From a virus: DNA of 64,000 nt. The notes under the pieces were generated by a model. That model did not search any database. It saw nothing but the letters and a program-made list of their open reading frames with translations, and had not been told where the DNA came from. Numbering within the stretch: the stretch's first letter is position 1; each line of letters begins with the position of its first letter. This document shows, piece after piece, positions 10,080-20,100 of the stretch. The DNA lies in IMG/VR virus record IMGVR_UViG_3300027026_000014, positions 1,586-65,585 of that record, one strand, 5' to 3'. A program made the translations under genes and the position numbers.

Positions 10080-13000
10080 GCACGCCCTCCAACTCCTTCA
10101 CTCTCGCGTGTAAGTTCCGGCATACAGCAACTAATAACCCGACGACTGCGTTGTAATCAACATGATCGTATTCGATGAAGCCGCCAGGCTTCGCATACCG
10201 GGAAACACCGCCGATCCCTGCTCTGCGCACCTCAGTCGAAAGCACGCCGCCTGTGGCCAGACCGTTGTGAATCCATTCGTACAGGTAGCCGTTTAACAGC
10301 TCCAACTTCCCGATTGGGTCGTCAATCTTACGGATATTTTTCTTCAGGCGCGGGTCCGACGCGGTTGACGTGGAGGCCGCAATAACATCCGCATCCGCGT
10401 GAATATTACCCGCAGACACATCGAGCCAAATCCGCATGTTCGAACCGGAATACATACGGATATCATCGTAAGTGCGCACACCATCAGTAAAAACGCGGAG
10501 CTTTTCCGAGCCATTGCAATACAGGCGCGGGTACACGTTGCTGTCCGACTGAATCAGCATGGCCGTATAGTTCGTACCCGCATCATTCTCGGACTGGAAG
10601 GATATCTCGCCGCCGTGTGACAGATTGCGGATCTCCAATGTACCGGTGTAGTTGCGGATATAACTGTTACTGCCGTTATGGAAGAACCGGAGGTCCGCAC
10701 TGGTCCCTAGACGTATCTCGTAGTTGTCCTGCCATTCGGTGTGGCCGCTAACCGTGTCGTCGGCATCAGAACGGATGAACTGAGAGGAATCGAGACCATC
10801 CAATTTGTCAGCGTCCGACGCTTTGGCGCTGATACCCAAATACTTCGCAGACAGATCCGTCCCCGCCTCCTGCAACCCTACGGCAGCATTCACTTTGCGA
10901 GTCCCACCTTCGAGGGTGAGTACGGTCTGGAGTGAAATGGTTTCGCCCGCGGCGGATACGCTCGGGTCGACAGAAAAACTCAGGTTACCGTTGCTGGAAT
11001 CGTTGCTGATATCCAGTTCCCACACACACCCATCTTCACCCGACTGCGTGTGGTCCCAGCTTCCGCCCCAACGGATACCCTGGTTTCCCCCGCCATCATT
11101 GGTGAAAATTTTCATGGAGTCGCCAAACATGACGTTGGCGCCCACTTGTGTAATCGCGGTACTACCACCGAGCGGGGCATAGTCGCTGTTGTGGTTGTGG
11201 TTACCCACCGCCACGGTGGAGCTAGAGGTACCCGTCGGCAGTCGGGCGAAAGGGACCGTTCCGCTATTCAGGTTACTCGCGTTGCGGTATCGAGAGTCCG
11301 TATCCTGCCCCGAATAGAACAGCTTACCCGCGTTATCCGCGATCTTGGTGGCAAAGTCATTGACGTACAGGTTGCCAGTCACCACCGATGCACCAGCCCC
11401 TACCCCACCATCGTTAACGGTGAAATACGGGTTGCCCGCGTACGCCAGGGTTTCCACCAGCACGCCGCCGGTAGACCCCACGGTTTCACGCACGCTCGCG
11501 GTCATCTGGCCGCCCCATTGCGAGCCCGGAGCCGGAGGCCCCCAAGTGCCGCTAGTACCCGAGAGCACCACCCAGTACTCGTATTCCGTAGATGGTGCGC
11601 CGGGCGCCACGACGAGGGTCACGGTTTCGTCCATGTTGGTCCATGTACGCCAATATTCGTCGATCCACTCGGAGAAATACTCGCCGTAGGCATCGCCGGT
11701 CACGCGGCCAGATCCCAATAGCTCATCACCACCACCGACCGCTCGTCGATAGATGGCGTAATCGGTCGCGGGGGGTGATGCGGTTGATCCGTAGGCCGGG
11801 TCGCCTTCCTCGTATACCTCGGCACTTCCCTTCGGAAGACCACCAGTGAAGCGCAGTTCCACAGTCGTGGTCGCACCACCGGAAAACAGCGGCGCGTTGT
11901 CACCCAGCAGCCCTACTTTCGCCACCCACGCGGTCTTGGTTCCAGGACCGCGGACCCCGTTGTAAACCACGGTCCGGGTACCACCGGTGGTCTCGGCGTC
12001 AGGGTCGATCTGTACAAGTTTGTCACGGAATGAAGGACTCAGGTCCTCCCACCGGATCTGCCCGGGGATACCCAAAGACAGGTTACCAACGATATAGGTA
12101 TCGCCCAGTGTCGCCACACCGCCGGCGCCGGTGACGGTCTCGTCGTTAGTGATAAACCCGGCCTGAATCTTCTCGACGATAACGTCTTTCATCCAAACTT
12201 TGTTATCGCGCACGGCGAACGGGAGCACATCCGTGGCGCCCGGGTTACGGATTCCGATCTGGTCGGCGGAGAACATAATCGCGGTGGTGGTATCGGTGGC
12301 GGACATACCAATGCCTGCCACATTGCCATTGGCTTCCACCTTAATCATGTACTGCGCGTTGTTGGCATACGCAGTAGCTGCCGACTCGACAGCCGCATAG
12401 TTAGCATCATCAAGGACGTAGGCAGTCAGCGCTGAGTTTGTCGCATAGTCAGCATTGGCCAGCTGCGTCTGTGTCACGTAGCTATTCAACGTGGTGTTGA
12501 GGTCGGTGGTTTTCACATACGACGTCAACTCTGTTTTGAGTGCATAGTCGGGAGTGGCGACCTCCAACGTCGAGACGCGGGCACTGAGGGAAGCCGCATC
12601 GAGCGCAGCTTGCGGGTCACCGATACCACCGTAGTTGCATACCATTGCGGACACATGGCCACCATCCGTGTTTCCGGCCCAGATGGCAATTTCATTTTCG
12701 CCATGAACCCAGTTGACCGGGAAGGAGTGCCAGAAAGTACCGCCATCGTCGCCGCCCTGATCGTTCAGGTGCATGCGCCCGACCTGCACGCCATTGACTG
12801 CGACGTAGATCCCCTCGGCGTCGCTGGCCTTCAGGTGTAGATAACCATCGGCATCCTGACCGGCCCCTATGGAAATGGTGACCGTGCGTTTGGCACTGGT
12901 GGTGTAGTCCACGTTAGTCGGCCAGTTCCACTGTGTCACATCGGTGTGGAACACATTCGGTGGCACCAGCGCAAAACGCACTTCACTTAACGCAGCTGCC

Positions 13001-14409
13001 TGATCCGCGCTTGCCGTTTCCAGTGTACCGACACGAGTGTCGACCGCACCCAGCGCCGTAGTGGTTGCGTAATTCGCCAGCGTCGAATTCTGGACGTAAT
13101 TTTCTGTAAGCGTCGTGTTGGTGGCGTAATTACTGAGCGTATTGGTCAGCTCAGTGTTCGTCACGTAACTCGCCAGCGTCGAATTCTGAACGTAGTTTTG
13201 TGTCAGTGTCGTAGTGGTGACGTAATCAGCCAGCGTAGTATTCAGGCCATCACTGGTGACATAGCTCGCCAGGTCTGCCATCACCACATACTCGTTAGCG
13301 GTGAGGTAGCTCGAGGTAATGTAGCCGTACGCCTCCACATCCTGTGCCGTCATGTAGGCGCCTTCGATCGTGGAAATACGACCGGCGTAATCCGCGCTGG
13401 CGGCTTCCAGCGTCTCTACCCGGCTGGTGCCGTTGCCATCGTCGAAGTACGCCTCCACGCCGGAGATTCGCAGCGCGTGGTCCGCGGTCACCTGTTCGGC
13501 GTCGTACACGCGCACCTCTAGTCCGTCGGCCTGATCCCGCACCTCATTTACAAAGTCAGACAGCGCGGAGAAATCTGTCTCGGTGGTGTAGTCGCCCAAT
13601 GTGTTATTCAGGGCGCTCGACGTAACGTAGTCCGCCAGCGTCGTGGTCAAACCAGTGCTGGTGATGTAATCGTTCAGGGTCGAACTCAATCCGCTGCTGG
13701 TCACGTAGTCAGCCAGCGTGGTATTGAGGCCACCAGTCGTCACATAACCGTCAAGCGCGGACGCGGTCAGGTAATCCCCCTCGATCGCACCCAAGCGGTC
13801 CATCAGGCCCGTACCGTCCGCATCGATCAGATTGATCCGCTCCGCGAGCGCCGCTTCCAGCGCATCTTGGCTGATCCATCCCTGCTGCAAGTCAATCGGT
13901 AGCGGCGTGTCCGCACTGTGCCCCAACGGGTCCGATACTGCGCTCTCCTGCCCTTCCAGATTTACGTGCCTGAACCAGTACAGATAACGAGTGTCCGGCT
14001 GCACGGTGGCGTCGAGGAAATTACCGCTGGCGTTGGTCAGATAAAACGCCTCATCAAACGCCGGGCGATTGCTGCCGTCCCAGGTGGTGCGGTACACCTT
14101 GGTATGCCAATAGCCGATAAACAGCGGGGCATCCCAGCGCGCCAACACCGTGTGGGAGGTCACGCCGAATTCGATATTGGTCGGCACCGTGGGCGGGTCC
14201 ACAATAACCCCCAACCCCGGACCCGGAGCCTGGGACCCGGTTCCGGTGCCCCCGGACCCGATACGGCCGACATTGGAGCCGCTAGCCCCGGCTAGGCCAC
14301 CGTTTTCCACGGCAAACTGCAACTGCCCGAGGAACTGCAGCAGCTCCGGGTTTTCAAGGTTACTCGGGACGTTGGGGATACCACCGAAGGGATTACTCGG
14401 CTTCGCCAT
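10069..14409 (-). CDS. large tail fibre/tail spike protein (1446 aa) with C-terminal intramolecular-chaperone (peptidase S74-like) domain
   Basis: C-terminus DPRLKKNIRKIDDPIGKLELLNGYLYEW...KELEG matches auto-cleaving chaperone domain of phage fibres/endosialidases; internal tandem 11-residue repeats (LADYVTSSGL.TTL). Confidence 0.8.
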   Translation of the reverse strand: MAKPSNPFGGIPNVPSNLENPELLQFLGQLQFAVENGGLAGASGSNVGRIGSGGTGTGSQAPGPGLGVIVDPPTVPTNIEFGVTSHTVLARWDAPLFIGYWHTKVYRTTWDGSNRPAFDEAFYLTNASGNFLDATVQPDTRYLYWFRHVNLEGQESAVSDPLGHSADTPLPIDLQQGWISQDALEAALAERINLIDADGTGLMDRLGAIEGDYLTASALDGYVTTGGLNTTLADYVTSSGLSSTLNDYITSTGLTTTLADYVTSSALNNTLGDYTTETDFSALSDFVNEVRDQADGLEVRVYDAEQVTADHALRISGVEAYFDDGNGTSRVETLEAASADYAGRISTIEGAYMTAQDVEAYGYITSSYLTANEYVVMADLASYVTSDGLNTTLADYVTTTTLTQNYVQNSTLASYVTNTELTNTLSNYATNTTLTENYVQNSTLANYATTTALGAVDTRVGTLETASADQAAALSEVRFALVPPNVFHTDVTQWNWPTNVDYTTSAKRTVTISIGAGQDADGYLHLKASDAEGIYVAVNGVQVGRMHLNDQGGDDGGTFWHSFPVNWVHGENEIAIWAGNTDGGHVSAMVCNYGGIGDPQAALDAASLSARVSTLEVATPDYALKTELTSYVKTTDLNTTLNSYVTQTQLANADYATNSALTAYVLDDANYAAVESAATAYANNAQYMIKVEANGNVAGIGMSATDTTTAIMFSADQIGIRNPGATDVLPFAVRDNKVWMKDVIVEKIQAGFITNDETVTGAGGVATLGDTYIVGNLSLGIPGQIRWEDLSPSFRDKLVQIDPDAETTGGTRTVVYNGVRGPGTKTAWVAKVGLLGDNAPLFSGGATTTVELRFTGGLPKGSAEVYEEGDPAYGSTASPPATDYAIYRRAVGGGDELLGSGRVTGDAYGEYFSEWIDEYWRTWTNMDETVTLVVAPGAPSTEYEYWVVLSGTSGTWGPPAPGSQWGGQMTASVRETVGSTGGVLVETLAYAGNPYFTVNDGGVGAGASVVTGNLYVNDFATKIADNAGKLFYSGQDTDSRYRNASNLNSGTVPFARLPTGTSSSTVAVGNHNHNSDYAPLGGSTAITQVGANVMFGDSMKIFTNDGGGNQGIRWGGSWDHTQSGEDGCVWELDISNDSSNGNLSFSVDPSVSAAGETISLQTVLTLEGGTRKVNAAVGLQEAGTDLSAKYLGISAKASDADKLDGLDSSQFIRSDADDTVSGHTEWQDNYEIRLGTSADLRFFHNGSNSYIRNYTGTLEIRNLSHGGEISFQSENDAGTNYTAMLIQSDSNVYPRLYCNGSEKLRVFTDGVRTYDDIRMYSGSNMRIWLDVSAGNIHADADVIAASTSTASDPRLKKNIRKIDDPIGKLELLNGYLYEWIHNGLATGGVLSTEVRRAGIGGVSRYAKPGGFIEYDHVDYNAVVGLLVAVCRNLHARVKELEGVRGA

Positions 14410-16025
14410 TACACGATCTCCGCCATGCTGTCGGCCAAAAAGACCCCGGACACCGATTCGGTGCCCTCGATTTGTACCTGCCAGACCTTGGCCTTAAACC
14501 CCCGGGCCAGGCGCAGGGGCCGATTGTCCGGGACATCGATCACCTGCCGGGTGATACCGTCGGCTATCAACGTAATCCGCACCGGGTAACCACGGGCCTC
14601 CACCCGCAGGCAGGAATAGGAAACCGGGTCCGGGTGCAGGAATTCTTTCGAGCGCCAGGTGTACGCGAGTGCAGGCCCCCGGCCGAAGACCCCGCGTCGC
14701 CACTGGTTACTGGCGTTGCGGTAACTCACATAGTGGTAGTCCTCCACCGGGTCATAGAAGTGCCCGTCAACGGCCAGACCATCCAGATCAGTCAGAGCGT
14801 TCTGACCGCCAGATGCGTCAAAAATAAAGCCCTTGCGTTCCGCCGGGTCACCGTAAAACGCCACGTACTTGCCCTCGTACTCGAAGGCCCGGATCGTCTC
14901 CGGCTGATACACCGTCTCCCAGGTTTCTTTGTCAATGAACTCACTGGCGATCAGGTTGACCTGGTTACCGGATGCCACGCAGAGCCCGTCCGGGCTGGCA
15001 AACACAGCGAAATCCCCCATGTCGACAATGCTGCGCTGGGAGGAACAGGGGTAATTGGCCTCAAGCTGCACCGGTGCCATGGCACTGGGATGAGAACCCA
15101 CAAACAGCACCGGGCGCTTGGTGGTCAGGCACAGCAGGCCCGCCTGCACTACCACCAGCCCGACAATCGGGGCCGACACCGCGTGGTAGTACGGCCAAGC
15201 CGTCGGCACATAGGGCTCGGAGAAAAACACTGTGTTGCCGGTGTGGCCCGCCAGTACACCGCCAGGCAGTTCTACCAGACTCTGCAGCGGGCCATCCGGA
15301 AACAGGCTTGCATTGTCGTCCGGAGCGGCATCCCACTCCTGTGTGATCAACGCCTCCTGCAATTCATTAGGGTTCAGGTCATCCACAAAGGTGGTAGCCG
15401 GGTACGCCGTCTCGCCCACGTACTGGAACAGGGTGCCGTTGTTACCGGTGTTAGTGCGGTAGATACGGATCAGCGAACCCGCGCCCATGTTGTACTGGCC
15501 GGAAATGGTCACGCCGGACAGATCCAATTCGATCACCGCATCTTTGCCCACCTCGACCACATCGGTCGGCGCCGACGGCGGCCCCTCGGTACCCCAGGCA
15601 TCCACAAAGGTCACCACGTAGCGCTGCGAGCGCACATTCAGGATGCTCGCCCCGTCACCGTAGTCGGTCACGTTCAGAACAGGCTTCGCCGGGCGCGGCA
15701 GGCCAAGGCGGAAGAAAGTCCCGCTGGACTTCACCTGCGGGTACGACTGCGCCGTGAGAAAATAACGCCGATGCTGATCCGTCGGGATCAGACCACCAAC
15801 CGCCTGATGGTAGCTGGACTCCGTGGTCCAGATCATCGATGCGCGGTCGCGGTAAAGAAATGCCGACTGGGACAGGGCCGCCCCATCATCAAGAACATCA
15901 TTCAGTGGGCGCAGCACACCGGCATCGAAGCGGCAGTTGCGCGCAATGCTGGCCATATTGTCAGCGAGTTTTTTGTCGTCGATCGCCGGCGCCCGGCCGG
16001 CAAAATTCTCAAGGCTCAGGAGCAT
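14409..16025 (-). CDS. putative tail/virion structural protein (538 aa)
   Basis: Start overlaps (ATGA-type) with tail fibre gene; position between lysis cassette and fibres. Confidence 0.45.
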   Translation of the reverse strand: MLLSLENFAGRAPAIDDKKLADNMASIARNCRFDAGVLRPLNDVLDDGAALSQSAFLYRDRASMIWTTESSYHQAVGGLIPTDQHRRYFLTAQSYPQVKSSGTFFRLGLPRPAKPVLNVTDYGDGASILNVRSQRYVVTFVDAWGTEGPPSAPTDVVEVGKDAVIELDLSGVTISGQYNMGAGSLIRIYRTNTGNNGTLFQYVGETAYPATTFVDDLNPNELQEALITQEWDAAPDDNASLFPDGPLQSLVELPGGVLAGHTGNTVFFSEPYVPTAWPYYHAVSAPIVGLVVVQAGLLCLTTKRPVLFVGSHPSAMAPVQLEANYPCSSQRSIVDMGDFAVFASPDGLCVASGNQVNLIASEFIDKETWETVYQPETIRAFEYEGKYVAFYGDPAERKGFIFDASGGQNALTDLDGLAVDGHFYDPVEDYHYVSYRNASNQWRRGVFGRGPALAYTWRSKEFLHPDPVSYSCLRVEARGYPVRITLIADGITRQVIDVPDNRPLRLARGFKAKVWQVQIEGTESVSGVFLADSMAEIV

Positions 16026-16031
16026 TTGGAC

Positions 16032-16385
16032 TTACCAGCGCGCCGGTCCACCGGAACGCGTATCGATATGGATAAAGGTGGCGTATGCCTTGAAGCCATA
16101 GCGGTCGGCGTAGTGCTCCTGCAAAAACTCCGCGACCGCTTCAGGTTTGACACCCTTGAACTTGCAATCGAGCGCGCGGCCACGTACATGCTGGGAACGG
16201 GCCGCGCCACCGATTTTCTTGTTGTATGTCGCACAACGGCAGCCACTGGTTATGGTCACGGTCGTTTTAAAATGGTCGCAGACTTCCTGCACCACGCGGG
16301 CCGTTTCAATATCCAGCGTGTCAAAGCCGCAGCCGCAATTGCAGGCCACCTCGTGGCGGGAAAGGTTCTTGGTCAAATCACCCAT
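16032..16385 (-). CDS. endolysin, peptidase M15 (zinc D-Ala-D-Ala carboxypeptidase-like) family
   Basis: SQHVRGRALD...HIDTR motif arrangement (H..D / H.D zinc ligands) of M15/YcbK-type L-alanyl-D-glutamate peptidases; 117 aa. Confidence 0.75.
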   Translation of the reverse strand: MGDLTKNLSRHEVACNCGCGFDTLDIETARVVQEVCDHFKTTVTITSGCRCATYNKKIGGAARSQHVRGRALDCKFKGVKPEAVAEFLQEHYADRYGFKAYATFIHIDTRSGGPARW

Positions 16386-16789
16386 TACTTGCTCCCCTTT
16401 TTAACCAGCCCCACCGCACGCTCGGCGATCATCGGGCCGAAGTAATAACTGCCCACCGCAAACACCAGCCAGAACACTTCCAGCACCACATTCCACGCGT
16501 AAGTGGCAAACGCCGTTTTGCCCAGTGCCGAGGCGACCATAGCGGCGTCGATCCACAGGAAGTAATGGGAGAAGGTCAGGATGGCGATCCAGCGACGCGT
16601 CACCGAGCGGATGTTGCTGGCATTGCGGTCCAGCTCGATCCCCTGAAGCCACAGCTTCTGGATTTCTTTGCGGTTCTCCGCCTGTTCTTCCTCAGTGAAG
16701 AAGGCGGCATCGATGCCGCGGATAGCACCGTCGATCACGGCGTCCGCAGACTTGGAAGTGGTGAATAAATTCTTGACGAAGCTGAACAT
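16385..16789 (-). CDS. holin-like membrane protein
   Basis: 134 aa with 2-3 predicted TM helices (WIAILTFSHYFLWIDAAMVASALG..., WNVVLEVFWLVFAVGSYYF) directly upstream of endolysin with overlapping start. Confidence 0.5.
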   Translation of the reverse strand: MFSFVKNLFTTSKSADAVIDGAIRGIDAAFFTEEEQAENRKEIQKLWLQGIELDRNASNIRSVTRRWIAILTFSHYFLWIDAAMVASALGKTAFATYAWNVVLEVFWLVFAVGSYYFGPMIAERAVGLVKKGSK

Positions 16790-17076
16790 TACAGCAGCCC
16801 CCCCAGATGGCGGGCACCCACCACAATGGCAGCACCTGCGGCGGAAGAACTGACGAATGTGATGACTCCCACTACCCAGCGGTTGCGGTCGATCAGCCGG
16901 ATCAGTCCCTCGCGGCCGTAAATATCCTTGTACAGCGCGTCCAGGCGTTCGCGCTCGCGGCCCTGTGTTTCCACCAGTGCAGCGATCTTCTGCTCCTGCG
17001 TAGCCACCTGCTTAACGACATCCGTCAGGCCGTCGAGCTTTTGTTCAATACGGGCGAGGTGTTGTCTGTCGTCCAT
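16789..17076 (-). CDS. lysis-associated small protein (coiled-coil + C-terminal TM)
   Basis: 95 aa, C-terminal hydrophobic segment, first gene of lysis cassette. Confidence 0.35.
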   Translation of the reverse strand: MDDRQHLARIEQKLDGLTDVVKQVATQEQKIAALVETQGRERERLDALYKDIYGREGLIRLIDRNRWVVGVITFVSSSAAGAAIVVGARHLGGLL

Positions 17077-17141
17077 CAGCAGCCCCCGTCGAACGGGGGC
17101 CGTGAGCAGGAGGTCACTTTCATCGGCAAGGCCCTAAGTAG

Positions 17142-17160
17142 ATATGCGCAATGCATATAT
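17142..17160 (-). promoter_or_regulatory. palindromic operator/promoter motif copy 1 (ATATGCGCAATGCATATAT)
   Basis: Member of 14-copy motif family; lies in 90-bp gap upstream of lysis cassette. Confidence 0.55.
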
Positions 17161-17165
17161 TTTAC

Positions 17166-20100
17166 TTAGAGAGCCAATTCATTTTCGAGCCAATCACTCA
17201 GCCACGGTACCTGGTTGAATACCGGGAGTGACCGTTTAATTTTTGGGTAGGTCTCCTCGCCAGTCAGCAGCTGGTGCACATGCTGAATCGCCGGTCCGGC
17301 CACCGACGCCGCCGCACTGTCCGCAGAGTCAAAGCGAGTAGTGCCCAGTGCCAGTTCCAGCGGGCCGTAGATGCCCGCGCGGGAGACCAGCTGCTTGGTG
17401 TACTGCCAGCCGTCGAGGCGGTTGGTCGGCTCGTCCTCCTCCTCGTACTGGATCTCCTCGCGCAGTTCCAGCCCAAGGGCCGCCAGTGGCAGCAGCAACG
17501 TCCCCGCCGCCAGCGCCGGCAATGCGGCGTCGGTCAGCTTTGCCGCGGTGGAGCCGCCGCGCTCGCCGTAGCGGTTGCCAACCTCACGCGCAATACCGCC
17601 CAGCACCACCTTGCCATAGGAGTAGAAAAACGACTTCAACTGCCAGAACAGCATGTACCACGGGTTGCTGGCCCACACCGGACGCTGCGCCGCGTTCGGG
17701 CGCACGATGGACTCGTCCGTGTACTTGATAATCGCCGACTGCATCGCATTGGTGAGCGCCTGCATGTCCTGGTTCTGGTCCGGACTCCACGCCGGTGAGC
17801 CCAGTGCCTCCCAGTTCAGCACCTGTTCCGCAGTAATCCCCAGCTCATCCAGATAACGCTGCGCCCTTACATCACCGCGGTTGGCCTTGCGCGCGCTCGA
17901 GACAATGAAGCGCTCGCCCATCGCCGCCGCCAGGGTGCGGGTGAAGTTGGTCAGCATTTCCTGCCCGTTCAATTTGAACAGGGTCTCGGTCACCTTCTGC
18001 GCTCCAGCACTGGCATACGCCTGGCCGTACATTTCCTTCAGGGCGTGGTGCGTCATGCGCTGGTTCACCACGCCCATATCGCGGGCAAACTCGCGGGCGT
18101 CACCGTAGTTGCGGATCACCCTTACCGCCGTCTTCATGTTGGCCCACATTTCGTCGAGATCCCTGGCGCGGAAAATCGGCCCGGCCAGATCCGGCAATGA
18201 GGCCACGGCACTGAACAGCAGCGTCAGGGTCGATTCAAACACCTGCGCGTAGCTGAACGCCTTGCGTGCAACCGGCGGCATATCGGCGCCCAAACGGCCC
18301 ATGTAACCGTCCAGGATCACGCGGGCGCGGGTCTGGTTCGCATGGCTGTCCAGCTCACCGATCATGCGCTCGATCTTGGCGCTGGGGCTGTACCAGAACG
18401 CGAAGTCGCCGTCCGGACGCAGGTAACCGTACTCTATCGCCCGCTGCGCCATGGTGTTGAAGTCATCGCTGGTCAGGTCACCGCGCCCGGCCTGGATCAG
18501 CTTGGCCCGCAGGATATCCTTGTTGTTCGGGCTCTCGCGCAGGCCGCCGTCACTCTCCGGGTTCGGGTCCCAGCCAGTAATCGGCAGATAGTCGTGGAAC
18601 ATACCCTCGAACTCCGCCCGGGCAGTGGCCGAGTAGATGTAGTGCTCCAGCACCTGCTCCGGGTCACTGAACAGGAAGCCGCCATCGCGCAGTGCTGCCG
18701 CCACTTCCGGCTGGGTCAACTGGCGCTGGCTGCGGCTGTCCATACCTGGGCCGGTGGCGTGGGTGAATTCCGGCAGCGCAAATTCGTACCCCCCGGCACC
18801 ATTCAGGATGGCCTGGCGGATACTCTGCGCTTCATCGCGGCGGAAGGCACCGGTGGATTCCAGGGCGTCATAGAACGCCTCGGGATCAGATTCCAAGCGC
18901 TCGATGTTGTACATACGCGGGAAATACACCGGCAGGCGGCCGATGGTGCGCATCCGGGGTTTCAGATACTCGTCGCGGAAATGGTGCATCCACTCGTTGA
19001 TCAAGCGGGCATCGTCCGAGAGGTTGTTGGCTGCCTCCTCGGTGGTGTCGCTACCCTGCAGTTCCTCCAGCGCCGCCATATAGCGCTCGGTATCACCCCC
19101 GAACACGTCTTCTTTCAAGCGGCGCACCTGTTCCAGCCACTGGGCGCGGGCCACTTCGCGGCGGTGGAAGAAAGCGGGGCTGCGCACCCGGTCACCTGCC
19201 TGATGGAAAAAGGCGTTGGCCAAGCGCTTGCCGGCCGCTCCCATAACCCGCAGCTGGCGGTCGGCGGTGAACAACACCGGTACCGCCTTGATGGTGCCGT
19301 TATAAAAATTCTTGGTGCGCTCCCACATGCGGTTGGCAATACCCGGGCGCAGCTCATTGCGGATCGCCTCCGCCAGTGCATTGGGGGCAAAGGGCAATGG
19401 CGCCCTCCCCTCACCGTTCCCTTGCGGCCGATACTTGCCTTCCGCCATATCACGCGCAAAACGTTCCACCATGTAGCGCAGATCATTGCGGGTCAGGTTA
19501 ATACTGAAACCCAACTTGCGCAGTTGCGCGCGCAGCCACGACAGCACGCGCTGACTGAACGGCATAGGGCTATCGCTCTCGGCCACCCGCGCCAGTACTT
19601 CTTCAAGGTTGGCGTCGGTCAGTTCGGTACCGTAGGCCGGGGCCACGTGGTCCCGGTGGTAGGTCTGTAGTTCGGGATCGCTGGCGAGCGCCTTGCGTAG
19701 GTCGCGGAAGAATCGCGCGCGGGCTTCCGGCGCCATGGTGTCCAGTTGGAAGTGCGCAAACGCCTCGTGTTTCAGCGCCGATTCAATCTCTGCCGCTGGC
19801 ATCCGCTCGGCGAAGACCTGAATACGATTCTCGCCCGGCACATAATGCGCGGCACGACCGTCATCGAAGTTCAACCCGGCTTCCTGGTAGTCGGAATACA
19901 CCTCGATATCCAAATGCGCCAGGCCGGGGTACTGCTGTTGGAAACGCGCCACCGCCCGCTGCGCCTGCGCCAGCGTCATGCTGCCGGCACGCTTGGGGAT
20001 ATTTGGGCGCGTCATGGGGTCCGCCACTTCACGGTCGAGCTTGCGCTCCCTGTCCGGGTTGTAATTTTCAACACCGGATTCTCCGGAGATCTCCGCAACA

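Noticed and set aside
14472-16445. 657-aa plus-strand ORF and similar long plus-strand ORFs at 18342-19670, 28243-29124, 29230-30297, 32083-33192 and 34781-36172, plus the minus-strand ORF at 55638-56564
   Set aside because: Each lies antisense to a well-supported phage gene (tail protein, giant protein, capsid, portal, terminase, Cas4-like nuclease). Arg/Gly/Ala/Pro-rich translations are typical of non-coding frames in high-GC DNA.
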